Below, in pieces: positions 50,626 through 63,250 of a stretch of DNA of 64,000 bases. A model generated the notes under the pieces. That model worked only from the letters and a program-made list of their open reading frames with translations. It was not told where the DNA came from and made no database searches. Numbering within the stretch: position 1 is the first letter of the stretch; each line of letters begins with the position of its first letter. Origin of the DNA: the human T2T-CHM13v2.0 reference genome, Homo sapiens; NCBI RefSeq assembly GCF_009914755.1, contig NC_060930.1, one strand, 5' to 3'. The position numbers and the translations under genes were made by a program.

Positions 50626-51344
50626 GCTCTGCAGTGGTGTTCCCCACAGTTAATGAGTCTTCTGGGTTGCGAATCTACTATTTAACATTTTCCATTTTGA
50701 TTTTTCTTAAATTTTTATGGGTCGACATTGTTGACAACCCTTAATAATTATTTAAGACTGTTTTGGTTTTGTTTGATCCCTTGAAATTTGAAGATTGTCA
50801 CGGTGTGGCACTGTTGCTATGCAATATATCCAGTCGTATCTTCTGTTCTTCAAAGGTCTTGTCTCCCTCTTTCTCCCTTCCTCCCATCTTCCCAACCCAC
50901 AGAAAACTCTGAAATCTTCATTTGCCCTGTGTCTCACAGGAGCTGTTCTCTCCTAGGCCTCATGGAGCTTTACCCTGGGCATACAGAGTCCAGAAACCAC
51001 AGTAGGGATGGAACCTGCATCCATACTTATTCCACCCACCAGAGTAGCTTCCTTAACACTGGAAACCTGCCTCTCAAATTTCACCTTCCTCCATGCCTCT
51101 GAAAGCAAATAACTACTGCCTCAGCAACACAAGATTACTATATTCTGTTTGGACTCCATTCTTCATATAGTCAAGTTCAAAACAGCTCATCATTTTTCCT
51201 TTTCTCAAAAATTCCATACCACCCATTGCCCAAAGCCTCAACAGTTCATGGCAAATTTTATCCATGTTTGGGATGATTACCAGTGGGAGGGCAATTCTCT
51301 TAGCAATTACCGCAACATGATCAAAGTTGAGATTTTATAGAGTT

Positions 51345-53600
51345 CTTTAAAATTTTTAAATATAATTTACACGTAAAAATCACCTTTATAAAGTATGCAA
51401 TCCAGTGGTTTTTAGTATATCCACAAAGTTATGTAACCATCACCACTGTCTAATTCCAAAACGTTTTCAGCATTCCCAAAAGAAACCCCAAACACATTAG
51501 CAGTCACTCCTCATCACTTTATCTCCTCGGCCTCTGGAAACTACTAATATACTTCCTGTCTCTATAGATTTGCCTATTCCAGAAATTTCTTATACATTAA
51601 ACCATACAATATGTGGTTCTTTGTGACTGGATTCTTTCATTTAGCATAATGTTTTCAAGGTTTAACCATGTCATAGCATGTATTGATTGGTACTTCATTA
51701 CTTTTTATTGTGAAATAATATTCCATCATTTGAATGTACTGTATTTATTTATCTAGTAATGAGTTGATGGGCATTTAGGCTGTTTCCATTTTGCAACTAT
51801 TATGCCTAATGTTGCTATCAACATTCATGTACAAGTTTTGTGTGGATATATGTTTTTATTTCTCTAAATCGATCTGCGTATCCTAATTAACATATACCTA
51901 GGTGTGGCACTGCTGGGTCAAATGGTAATGCTATGCTTAAATTTTTGAGGAACTACCAGACTGCTTTTCAAAGAAGCTACACCATTTTACGTTTGCACTG
52001 CAGTGTTGAGGGTTACAATTTTTATATATTTTCACCAGCACTTTTTATGAACTGCCTTTTGATGATAGCCATCCTTGTGGTTGTGTAGTAGGATTTCGTT
52101 GAGGTTTTGATTTGCATTTTCCTGATAGCTAATAACAGTAGCATCTTTTCATGTGCTTTTATCTTCTTTGGAGGACTCTCTATTCAGATACTTTGCACAT
52201 TTCTAATTGTTTTTATTTTTGCTGAGTTGTAATCATTATTTATATATTCTAAATACAAGACACTTATCGGATATATGATTTGCGAAAGTTTTCTCCCATT
52301 CTATTTGTAGTCTGTTCACCGTTTTGATCGTGTTTTTTTGGAGCACTTAAGTTTTTAATTTTTATGATATCCAGTTTATCTTTGGTTGTTGCTATTGCGC
52401 ATTCATTTGGTATCATATATAAGAAATAATTGACAAATCAATTGTCATCAAGATTTATAATTTCTTCCTTAGAGTTTCATAGTTTTAGCTTACATTTAGA
52501 TCTTTCATCCATTGTGGGGTAATTTTTGTACGTGGTATGAGTTATGGGTACAACTTTTGCATGAGGTGTCTAGTTAGTAACATTTGTTGAAAAGACTATT
52601 CTTCCCCTCATTGAAGTGTCTCACCATCTTTGTTGAAAATCAACTGATCATAAGGTAAGGAAGGGTTTATTTCTGAACTCTCAGTTCTATTCCACTGATC
52701 TTTATGTCTATCCTTGTGCCAGTACCACACTATCTTAATTACTGTAGCTTCATAGTAAGTTTTCAAATAAAAGAAGTGTGAATCTGCCAACTTTGGTTTT
52801 TTTTTTTTCTTAAGATTGTTTTGGCTATCTGGATCAGTTGAATTTCCATATGAATTTTAACATCAGCTTATCAGTTTATGCAAACAAAAGCTACAATTTT
52901 CTTTGCTTTTTTTTTTTTTTTTTTTTTTGAGACGGAGTCTCACTCTGTCGCCAGGCTAGAGTGCTGTGGCGCGATCTCGGCTCATGCAACCTCCAACTCC
53001 CTGGGTCAAGGGATTCTCCTGCCTCTGCCTCCCGAGTAGCTGGGATTACAGGCATGCGCCACCATGCCCAGCTAATTTTTGTATTTTTAGTAGAGATGGG
53101 GTTTCACTATGTTGGCCAGGATGGTCTCGATCTCCTGACCTCGTGATCTGCCCACTTCGGCCTCCCAAAGTGCTGGGATTACAGGCGTAAGCCACCACGC
53201 CCAGCCAAAAGCTACAATTTTCATAGGGATTATGCTGAATGTGTAATATCAAATTGGAGAGTATTGCTATCTTAAGAATATTAAGTCTCTCCATTCATGG
53301 ATGCCTTTTCATTTATTTAGGTCTTTAATTTCTTTCAACCATGTTTCATGGCTTTCAGAGTAGAAGTTTTTGGCTTTTCTGTTGAATTTATTCCTAAGTA
53401 TTTTTTGGATGTTATTGTAAATGAAATTGTTTTCTTAATTTCATTTTCAGTTTGCTCATTGCCACTATATAGCAATACAATTGGTTTTTGTATATTGATC
53501 TTGTATGCTGCAGCCTTGCTGAAATTATTAATTCTCATAGTTTTTAGTAGATTCCTTAGGATTTTCTATATACAAAGTCATGCCATTTTCAAGTAGAAAT
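51345..53600 (-). mobile_element. L1MB 3'UTR and ORF2 remnant, interrupted by AluSc
   Basis: ORF2p-like fragments [28 protein letters not shown] (52608-52790) and INNFSKAAAYKINIQK (53335-53538). Confidence 0.88.
52902..53206 (-). mobile_element. AluSc-type
   Basis: gtcgccagg and ggatggtctcgatctc..gacctcgtgat diagnostics. 16-bp TSD aaaagctacaattttc at 52886-52901 and 53207-53222. Confidence 0.93.
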
Positions 53601-53774
53601 GGATATACTATGCCTCATTATTATTAGAAAAAAAGGACCAACTTCATAACAATGTGCCTAGGTCCTACCTTTCCTGGCATAAGTGTAAATCTCCAGTTCT
53701 TTTCCTGCTGCTCTCCTCTTGAACTCTATTATCTGGGCAGACTGAATTTATTTTAGTTTTTTGAAAGTGCAATA

Positions 53775-54795
53775 CAATTGATCCTCATTATTGACAGATT
53801 CTATATTTACAAATGCTCTTACTGGCTAACATTTATTTGTAATTCAGAAGTCAATACCCCTGGTGCTTTCAAAGTTATTCACCAACATGCTCAGAGCAGT
53901 GAAAAATGAGTCACCTGAAGTACATGTTTCCAGCTGCAGATGAATGAGATGATGTTCTGCCTTCTGGTTTCAGCTCTCATACTGTGAATAAGTGTCCTTT
54001 GTGTGGTCTATTTGGTGTGACTTTTTTGCACGTTTGTGGTTTTTGTTAGTGATTTTGCTATTTAAAATCATTCCCAAGCATAGTGCTGAAATGTTGCCTA
54101 TCATTCCTAATACGGTTTGGCTGTGTCCCCACCCAAATCTCATCTTGAAGTATAGTTCCCATAATCCCCACATATCATGGGTGGGACCCAGTAGGAGGTA
54201 ACTGAGTCATGGGGGCGGTTACCTTTATGCTGCTGTTCTCATAATAGTGAGTTCTCATGAGATCTGATGGTTTTATAAGGTGCTTTTCCCCCTTTGCTTG
54301 GCACTTCTCTTCCTGCCACCACGTGACAAAGGATGTGTTTGCTTCCTCTTCCATAAGTGATTGTAAGTTTCCTGAGGCCTCACCAGCCCTGCAGAACTGT
54401 GAGTCAATTAAAACTCTTTCTTTTGTAAATTACTCTCCCTAGGGTATATCATTATTAGCAGCCTGAAAACAAACTAACGCAATTCCTAAGAGCAAGAAGA
54501 CTGTGATACACCTTATGTAGGAAATACTTGTGTTAGGTAAGCTTTATGTAGGCATGAGTTAGAGTGCTGTTGTCTGAGTTCAATGTTAATGAATCAACTG
54601 TATATTTAAGTGTCTTTAAGCAGAAACATGCATCAACTAAAGTTATGTATTGCTTGGTTAATGAAATATTGTGACCAGAGACTTGTAGGAGTGTACCCCT
54701 GTGTTTTCCCTAGTGGCAATGATTCAGTATTTGCTAATTCAGTGTTCAAGGGGAATTTTTAGAACGTAACTACTACAAATAACAAGAATCTTCTG
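53775..54795 (-). mobile_element. MER82-type TcMar-Tigger element, both ends present, split by THE1D
   Basis: TA|caattgatcctcattatt ... aataacaagaatcttctg|TA, degenerate TIRs with TA target duplication. Confidence 0.8.
54108..54481 (+). mobile_element. THE1D-type MaLR solo LTR
   Basis: taatacggtttggctgtgtccccacccaaatctcatcttg...aactaacgca. Perfect 5-bp TSD attcc at 54103-54107 and 54482-54486. Confidence 0.9.
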
Positions 54796-54809
54796 TAAGT
54801 AAAATGATA

Positions 54810-54962
54810 ATAATGACAATAGAAAGATAGCTAAAATTACTGAGTGTCAACTACGGACCAGGAACTATGTAAACAATTTATAGGCACTATCTTAGTTTAA
54901 TTCCCATTATTTTATTTAACTCATGAGACCGATATTATTATTAACCCCATCTCTTAGATAAG
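54810..54962 (-). mobile_element. MIR
   Basis: tactgagtgtcaactacggaccagg...attattattaaccccatctcttagataag. Confidence 0.6.
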
Positions 54963-56451
54963 TTAACATTAATGTTAACACAACACAAAATTTCATTAGG
55001 GAGAATTACAGTATCTGACTAACACTGTAATTATTCATTACCTATAGGCCTTCTGTGATTCGTGATGGGGAAGATGAGGGTTACAAAGGGAGGAGGATTA
55101 TGACTATCCTCAAATGGAAAATGCCCTGATAGCCAATTAAAAAAAGACAGAACAAATAAATACACAATTTTCAAAGCATAATCTTATATTTCACTTAGAA
55201 TTCTGTCCCAGAGCTCTGTTAATTGCAATTGCAGATACCTACATAGAGCTTCCTATTGAGTTGGGGAGGGGAGAGGTGGGAGCCAGGTTAGCCCAGAAAA
55301 AAATAGGCCAGCCCTTTCCTAAGAAATATGAAGCCCTCAAACAAACATCAATGGATGGGACTTCTCTTTTTAAATTCAAAACAGCCTGTTGATTTAAAGA
55401 TACTTGTTTCAATTTCAAATTATGAGGAGGTACGTGTCTTCTTTAAAAAATGAAGAAAATTGGCTCTAGGAAGGAGAAAGAAAGGAATCACAGTATTAAA
55501 TCTCTATGGAGATTAAGCAACATTTTTGTTGAAAGACAAAAGAAAGGTCTTTGGTGCCAAGAGGAACCAATCACTCAGAGAGAAAAGAAGTTGAATAGCT
55601 CTAGTTAACTTGACTTTGCAGATCTTGGTTTGAGGCCATTTCTCCTATTCTTGACTCAAAAAAAAGAAAATAATCCACTGAGATTAAAAACTACTGTGGA
55701 AACTGTGGTCTTTGTTGCAATCCAAGAGAGTAACAGGTCCCCCCAAAAAGAGATGAAAACAAATGACTTCTCAATTGCATATTCTTTCTGTAGAAACAGA
55801 CAAAAACAAAAAATATAAGAGTTCCATTACAGGGCCTCAATACTCAGATCTAATACTGTTGAACATACAGAGAGAAGAAAACATTTTTAACTGGTATTAG
55901 AAACATATTCGACAGAATTTAAAGTCCAGGATATTTTATACTATTTAATTTATTTCTCAATTCTCTGCCATATTTTTTAACTCATCAGAAAGATTTCTAA
56001 AAAACACATTCTAGTTTAGGTGCCTACCATTTCTTTTATTTAAAATTTTATAATTTATATTATAATTATATTTTCAAATGTTTTGAGACATTCATGGTTG
56101 GGACTATTTCTATAGTTCATGCTGTCATAGGTGTGAAGGGAAGTACCTAATAGTAATATATGACAGGGATTCATCAGCTGTTTATGAAATAAGTGAATGA
56201 ATGAATGAATTAATATAGGAAGTTGTTTTCATTAAACAAAATTAATTCTTCTATGAATAATGCTAATTAATTAAAGCTTTTGTATTTAGTATTGGAATTA
56301 TGTTGACTTGCATTGAGTTTATGTTGACTAAAATGTTATAGTCCTCTTGGTAACACTTCACTGTTTAGAATCTCTACAGAGTGAGTGTTCTATATGCATG
56401 TAATGCTCACTAACTTTCTTCCCTTCTCAGCTCCTCTCCTGGTGAATTGTT

Positions 56452-56762
56452 TTTGTTTCGTTTTATTTTTTAAGACAGGGAAGGTCTTGCTCTGTCACCC
56501 AGCATGGTGCAGTGGCATAGCTGTGGCTCACTGAAGCCTCGATCTTCTGGGCTCAGGCAATCCTTTCACCTCAGCCTCCTGAGTATCTGGGACTTCAGGT
56601 GGACACTCCTGTCCCTGGCAAATTTATTTTTAATTTAGTTTTTGTGGAGACAGGGTCTCACTATGTTGTTCAGGCTGGTCTCAAACTCCTAGCCTCAAGT
56701 GATCCTCCCCGCTCAGCCTCCCAAAGTGCTTGGATTTCAGGTATGAGTCTCCATGCCCAGCC
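56452..56762 (-). mobile_element. AluJ
   Basis: Diverged dimer. TSD tcctggtgaattgtt (56437-56451) / tcctagtaaattgtt (56763-56777). Confidence 0.92.
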
Positions 56763-57314
56763 TCCTAGTAAATTGTTAATAAAGAATTAATTCTTTATTC
56801 AGACCTACACCACACAACTAGCAAGGACAGCGAGATACCATTCTGGATTATTAGAAAGAGTTCAATTAAACTTTATGAAACTTGGAATGACATCAAATTT
56901 ATTTTCAGCTAAATTTAGCTCTGAGTAAATTGTGAAAAAAGAGAAGTTTATTTTTAACCCTTACCCTCCAGATTTCCATTTTATGTCCCAGAATCTCTTT
57001 CTTCCATTGCCTGCTTGCACTTGCCTTGATCCAGGCCCTTTAAAGGATCCATTAGCTACTTTCTAGAGGCAACTACATCTACAATAGCTCTTCATTTGGG
57101 CCTAATGTGAGCTGTCCTGTGCTCAAAACCCTTTCAGATTCTCTTGCATCTTCCCATCTATATCAAAACTTTCTTCTGAGTTCCATAGTGTCAAGACCCC
57201 ACTCTCTGCTTTTCAAGGGGATTGCTAACTAATCTGATGAACTCAGCCTCATTTATGTGATATTCAGATTAATACATTTTGAAAGAAGTCTTCCCTTACC
57301 CCTTTGTAAGAATG

Positions 57315-58265
57315 ATTTTATTGAATAATAACGTATAGTCAGAAAAAATGAATTAGTCATGAGTATATGATTCAATTAAGGTGAATACACACAAATAACC
57401 AGTACCCAAACTAAGGAACAGAACATTACCAACAGCCCAAAAGCCCTTTTCTAAGCACTATTGCCCCAAAAGTATGTATTATTCTAACTTCCCGCAGCAT
57501 ATTGTCCATTTTTATACTTTACTTTAATTGAATCATATATATAATATATATATTTAAAGATATATATAATATATATATTTAGATATATAATATATATATT
57601 AATGATATATATATACTCTTTTGTGCTTCTTTTAACATTATGCTTGTGAGATTGCTTTATATTGTTTCATGTGTTTGTGAGGCATTCTCATTGTAAATAT
57701 AGCATTCCATTGTGCGAATATTCCACAATTTAATTTATTCATTTTATTGTTAATTCGCATTTGGGTAGTTTTCTGTTTGAGGATATTATAAACAGTGCCA
57801 TGAATAGTCTTCACATGTTTTATTTGTTTGTTTATTTTGTTTTGTGTTTTGGTGAACTTAACATTGCATTTCTAGTGAATATATACGTAGGAGTGGAATT
57901 GTCTGTTCATAGAGTACACATATTTTCAGCTTTAGTAAAGGTTTGCAAAACGTTCAAAGTTTTCCAAACTGGTTAACCAGTATATACTCCCTGTAGCAGA
58001 ATGTTAGTGTGTCTGTTTTTCAAAATCCTCCCCAACACTTGTTATTGTTTGCCTTTTCCTATTAGTTATTTTTGTGTATATATAGTAATGTCTCACTATA
58101 ATTTTAATTTGCTGATTGTTATTATGCTGACGGCAATGAAATTTAGCATTGTTCATGTGTTTCTTGGCTCTCAATGTGCCTTCTTTTGTGAGGTGCCTCT
58201 TGAAGACTTTTGCCTATTTTCTATCATTGTCTTTTTTTGGCTAATTTATAGACATAATTACATTT
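57315..58265 (-). mobile_element. L1ME-type 3' remnant
   Basis: ggaacagaacattaccaac...gcattccattgtgcgaatattccacaattt...gtaggagtggaattg...tcctccccaacacttg. Confidence 0.75.
57534..57616. repeat. AT-rich tandem repeat, about 3 copies of a 22-25 bp unit (gatatatataatatatatattta)
   Basis: Directly visible. Confidence 0.85.
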
Positions 58266-59227
58266 GAAAAAGGAGCTTTAATGGTGAGAGCATGGTGGTA
58301 AGCAAGGTGTATAAAGCTGGGGAAAGATGTCTAGGCATATGGTTGTTTCTATTTCTAGGTACTTTCCTGTGTCTCAGCCTTACTTTGTACTTTCAGGTAA
58401 CACAGGAACACAACTCCTGTCTTTAGCCACACACATCCTTTGGACCAATATCCTACCTTAGAACTGACATTTACCATCCCAGTTGCACATTTATGTTTAT
58501 TTTTTATTTTAAATTGGGACTGAGAAAAATCTGATTCGAAGTCAAGATTCTGCTGAGTTGGCATCAAATATCAAAATCCAAGTGGAAAAAAATTGCAGAG
58601 AACTAGAACAAGTGAGGGTAGAGTGGAATAAACATCTCAGCCTTAGTTGTCATGTCTCTTGGCCACGGATACCGCTATGGTAATGTTATCCTATGTGAGT
58701 GGTCACAGTAACCAAAAGCACAGCCTCACTGAAAGGCATCCAGAGGAATGAATTAGCCCACAGCATTTGGACCAGCTGGAGAAATTTTCCCAGCAGTACT
58801 CCTCCAAAAAGAAGGCAAGCAGCAATACAGAGAATAACAATAATGCCAAACTATGAATGTTGTCAGCTGTATTTTCCATTTGTCTAAAACTTCTTACTTA
58901 GTCATGGGCCTACTATAACTTCCTAGGTTGAAAATCAACTTTTAATTCAATTGGTATAACGAATAGGCCATTATACAAATGCTTGGAAAGGTGCTTGCAG
59001 GAATGCTGATTAGTGATCATTGCAGTTCATCCTGATTTAATATAACCCCAGATTTCAGGTCTTTACGCCTGTGTATTTTTTACATAGTACCATCAATTCC
59101 GCGGCAATTAATTCTTTTTGGTTTTGGTTTTTGTCTGTTTTAATGTTCACTAATAGTGTGAGCCTACCACCACCCAACCACAGTAAGCCATCTCCCAGAG
59201 TTGTTTAACATTTCATCCCCAGAGTCT

Positions 59228-59425
59228 CATGGACCTGGGTTTGAATCTGTGCTCTGTTTCCTACTTAGCAGAGTGAGTTGACTAAGTGACTGAACCTATC
59301 TAACCCTTAGTTTCTTCACCTGTAAAATGGGCTAAGGATAGTATCTATCTTTTAGAGTTGTCAGGTTTAAAAGAGATTAACCATGTAACTCAGGACTAAG
59401 CATAGAATAAAGTTGGCTAATATTG
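59228..59425 (+). mobile_element. MIR
   Basis: gacctgggtttgaatc...cttagtttcttcacctgtaaaatggg. Confidence 0.75.
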
Positions 59426-60290
59426 CTGCATACTTTACTATATACAAATTACAACATACAGCTTTAACACATGGCATTTATCTGTAAACTTTGCTAGAAT
59501 TTTGGTAGTATTCTTCTTCATTTACTTGTACTTTAGTCATTGATCTTTTTAGAATAAGAACTTAGGAAAAGTAACTTTTTATCTCTACATTAGATTTAGA
59601 GAAATCAATAAATTGATCTGTGCATCCTAATTAATAGGTGAGCAGAGTTAATAAGAAAACTGCCTCACACAAGTTCCCAAGTGGCATAAATGTAAATGAA
59701 ATCCTTTAAGTACTCAAAGAATCAGAGGCAACATTTTACCAAAAATATCCAAGATGTAAACATAAGCCAGCAATGGACTATAAACGCAACAGGGTGTTGA
59801 CTAAATATATGTATTTTTATCCTTCTATTTCCCCTTTTTGTTCACTTTCCTCTCCTGGGATCCTTGGTTCTCCTGCTGATCCTTCCTGGTTTCCATTTAT
59901 CTTCACCGTGACACTTCTCCCAGCCTTATCCTTCCCAGGCCAGTCAAACACTGTATTTCCCTATCTCACATCTTTATTGTATGATATAGTCCTAACATGT
60001 GGTCCACTTTGCTTTCACATTGGAAAGAGAAAAGTTCCACTGAGTTAGCTTTAAAGATTATGGAACCACCTGTCTAAAGATATGCTCATGTGAATAAGAA
60101 AATCTTGATTTGATTCAAAGGAACCAATTCTGAATGGTGGGGTTTGGAGAATCCTTTACAGAACTGCAAGTGAGACCATCTGGGGAAAATTCATTTTTTA
60201 ATAGATCAAATCATTCAACCTATCAATGACTATACAGCCCGTGGCAATCCTAGTCCTGATTAAACATATCCACTTGCACATAAATATACG

Positions 60291-60293
<3 letters not shown>

Positions 60294-60326
<33 letters not shown>
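60294..60326. repeat. (AC)n microsatellite
   Basis: Directly visible, uninterrupted. Confidence 0.95.
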
Positions 60327-60328
<2 letters not shown>

Positions 60329-60799
60329 CAGCATATTTTGTGTGAGTTCATTGAAATGCTAATACTTTTTCACTACCTGTAATTATGTCTGCTAACATGA
60401 TTCCCATCTCACCCTCCCCCCATGACTTAAAAGTTGTTAGGGAACACCATCTGAAAGACAGCCATATTCGCACACCCATGATAAGCTGGACCTGAAAAGT
60501 AATTATCCTGGATTAGCACAGGCCCTCTCTATGCTAAATTAGCAGCCAGATCCAGGCACACAGTTGCTTCCTGACCCTCAGTTACACTTCACAGAAAACC
60601 TGAAGAAATCTGAGTAGAGCAGTCCTCATGCTATTGGTTTAATTTACTTACCATTTATAGCCCTGGCCTCAGTTGGGAAACAGATTTATTTAGTCACTAA
60701 GAAATTGATCCAACCTAGGTACATATTAGGCAACAATTAAATGCTTATTCATTGGTTGGCAAGCAAGCAACTTTAAAAGGGGAGAAGAGGAAAATTAAC

Positions 60800-60960
60800 A
60801 CTAATGCTGGAGTAGGCCTTAGAGAGAAATCACTGTCCTGGATCCCCTTTTTCTGCATATCCGGAAACTGAACACACCGAGATTAAATGACAACAAATGG
60901 TGACAGAAGCGAACCTTATACCCAGAATTCTAGTGTAGTGCTCCTTCTATTATGATTTCT
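60800..60960 (-). mobile_element. MIR/MIR3 fragment
   Basis: ggaaactgaacacaccgagattaaatgac...cagtg-like tail tagtgtagtgctccttct. Confidence 0.45.
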
Positions 60961-62872
60961 GGTCCATGTGTCAAAAGAAAATACTAAGGGCAAAAGACAC
61001 ACTTCGATGCTAAAGCTATAAAATGTCATCACCAATCATTAGGAAGAACTGCATAGCTCATTGATATATATCTTAAAATACATGTCACTCTTCTGACCCT
61101 GTGGCTGGATAATGTTTATAATAGCCTCTACTATTACACAGTTTCCATTTATATATTTCATCTTTGCATCTCTATTTATAAAAAAAACCCACAAATGTAT
61201 TTGTTTCACAGGTGGCTTACAATTGGATGATGAGATAAACCTAAATATGACATAGTGGCAGATAACCATAAAACAGTCATCACCCCCAGATTCACTTTGC
61301 TCTTTATGTATACCAGTAATACAACAACAACAACAAAAAGTTTGGAACAAAAGTTTCTCCGTGATCCAAGTGGAGAATAGAAGAAGCTGTCTAATGGTAT
61401 TACAGAGAATGCCTAGAGTGAGAAAATTGAGGCAATAAAACATGAAGTTATTTATCTGGCGTTAACACAAGGTTATTTATACTAAAGTAGTAGTTAAACA
61501 AGAGCTGGAAAACTTGGGAACATGGTGGAAGTAACTTTGGATGACACATTGAAGTCAACCAGTTTACATATTATTTCTTCTTTTATGTTCTTTATTCTGC
61601 TTTTTTGTAAAGCAGCAATTCATTGTCTGATGCCACCATATTGCACTTAGTTTAGCACTGTTAACTGTATTAAACTTAGTTTAGATCTTCGTTTAGCACT
61701 TAGATCTGCTCACTGATTTAGAATCCAGGGACTCTGATATTACGTTACTTTCCATTTTGATTCAAGGGTGCTAAAATTCTGCTATAAATCACTATTCAGT
61801 TAAAAACTGATGTATGTAAACCTTCTAGTAGGAAACAAAATTGAAGCATTACAATCACTGAGAGAATACAGCCCTGTTGTCCTCTTGCACCCTTTAGAGA
61901 GTAAGTGAATCACTCCTAACCCACTCTCTTATAAACCAGACAATTCAGAGGACCAAGAGGCATTAGTCTTGCCTCCTCTTGGGAGGTTCACATTTTCCAG
62001 TGAACACACGAGTGATCAGTCACAATCAGGCACAGATGGAATTCCCAAGACATGTGCTCCCTGCCGTACTTAACCAGCACAACTTTTGCCCTTGTCCTAG
62101 GTATGCTACCATTCAAAATGACTGTATCAAAACTGAAGATGGTTAGAAATGAAATGGAAAGAGTCAAAACAGGCTGCTTCCAAATGAAAGCAACCCAAAG
62201 CATGGAAATTATGGGTATGGGAAAAATGCTTTCTTGGTTTATTTGATTAACACTTTGCCACTGAGAAGAATTTTCCTTTGAGGTTTTTTATTCTGTGTAG
62301 TTTTTAATGTAATTGGTTTAAGTGATACTTTACTTAAATATATCTTAAATCTGCCACTAACTATAAAATTTTCATGTTCAGTCCAATTGACTTCAAAGTT
62401 ATCCAAAATGCTTATTCCCAAGTGACTCCTATCAGTATCCAGCTGTGTTCTTGATGGAGACTGACATCTGAAACCAACAATTAAAGTTACCCAATGCCAG
62501 GACTCTTTAAAGACTAAAGGGCTTTACAGTACCTATCACAGCAGCTCATAACCAACTTGTACCATTATTGCTTCTATAAGTGTGCTGGGAGGATTAATTT
62601 CTTGAAACTTATTTAGTGTTACAGAAATAGTAATTTGCAGAGCCAAAAGGTCATTCTTTGCCAAATCAGTACATTCAAAGTAGTAAATTTCAATGAAAAA
62701 CTAAAAGTATCATTGAATATTTGAATATTTTGTATGTATTCTCTAATCATCCTAGCCTCTTCTCTCATCTATGTGACATCAATTAAGAGTTATTAAATTT
62801 AAAACTTGAACCGAAGTAGCATAAAAGCCAATTGTTTTATGAATACTGAGCCCTTAATAACTTTCACTTTGT

Positions 62873-62874
<2 letters not shown>

Positions 62875-62906
<32 letters not shown>

Positions 62907-62909
62907 AGA
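62875..62909. repeat. Compound (CA)n(GA)n microsatellite
   Basis: Directly visible. Confidence 0.95.
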
Positions 62910-63114
62910 AAGAACCACCCCCTCCCTCCCTCAAGAAACACTGCTATTCAGATTAAGGTATATCAGAGCAATTCTGTTGTTCCATGATATAGAACTCTCA
63001 AAAGGTATACAATCATGACTGCCCCAAAACATAGGAGCAGTGGCTTCAGGGAAACATAAGGAAGTATCAACACTATCAAGTTCTAAATTTGAGATTGGAT
63101 TAATTTACTTATGT

Positions 63115-63250
63115 AACAAACATTCACTTGTTTGTTACAAATATTTTTTTTTGTACCTACTATGTACCAGGTCCTGAGCTAGTGTTAAATGACTATGGGT
63201 TATGGTTTCTGTCAAAAGAATTATTGTTAAAAGTGGGAAGTGGATATTCT
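63115..63250 (-). mobile_element. L2 3' fragment
   Basis: caaatattttt...acctactatgtaccaggtcctgagctagtg. Confidence 0.55.

Noticed and set aside
61039-61443. 134-aa minus-strand ORF with a poly-Cys run
   Set aside because: The Cys run comes from a short (CAA)n repeat. Composition is typical of AT-rich non-coding DNA, with no known homology.
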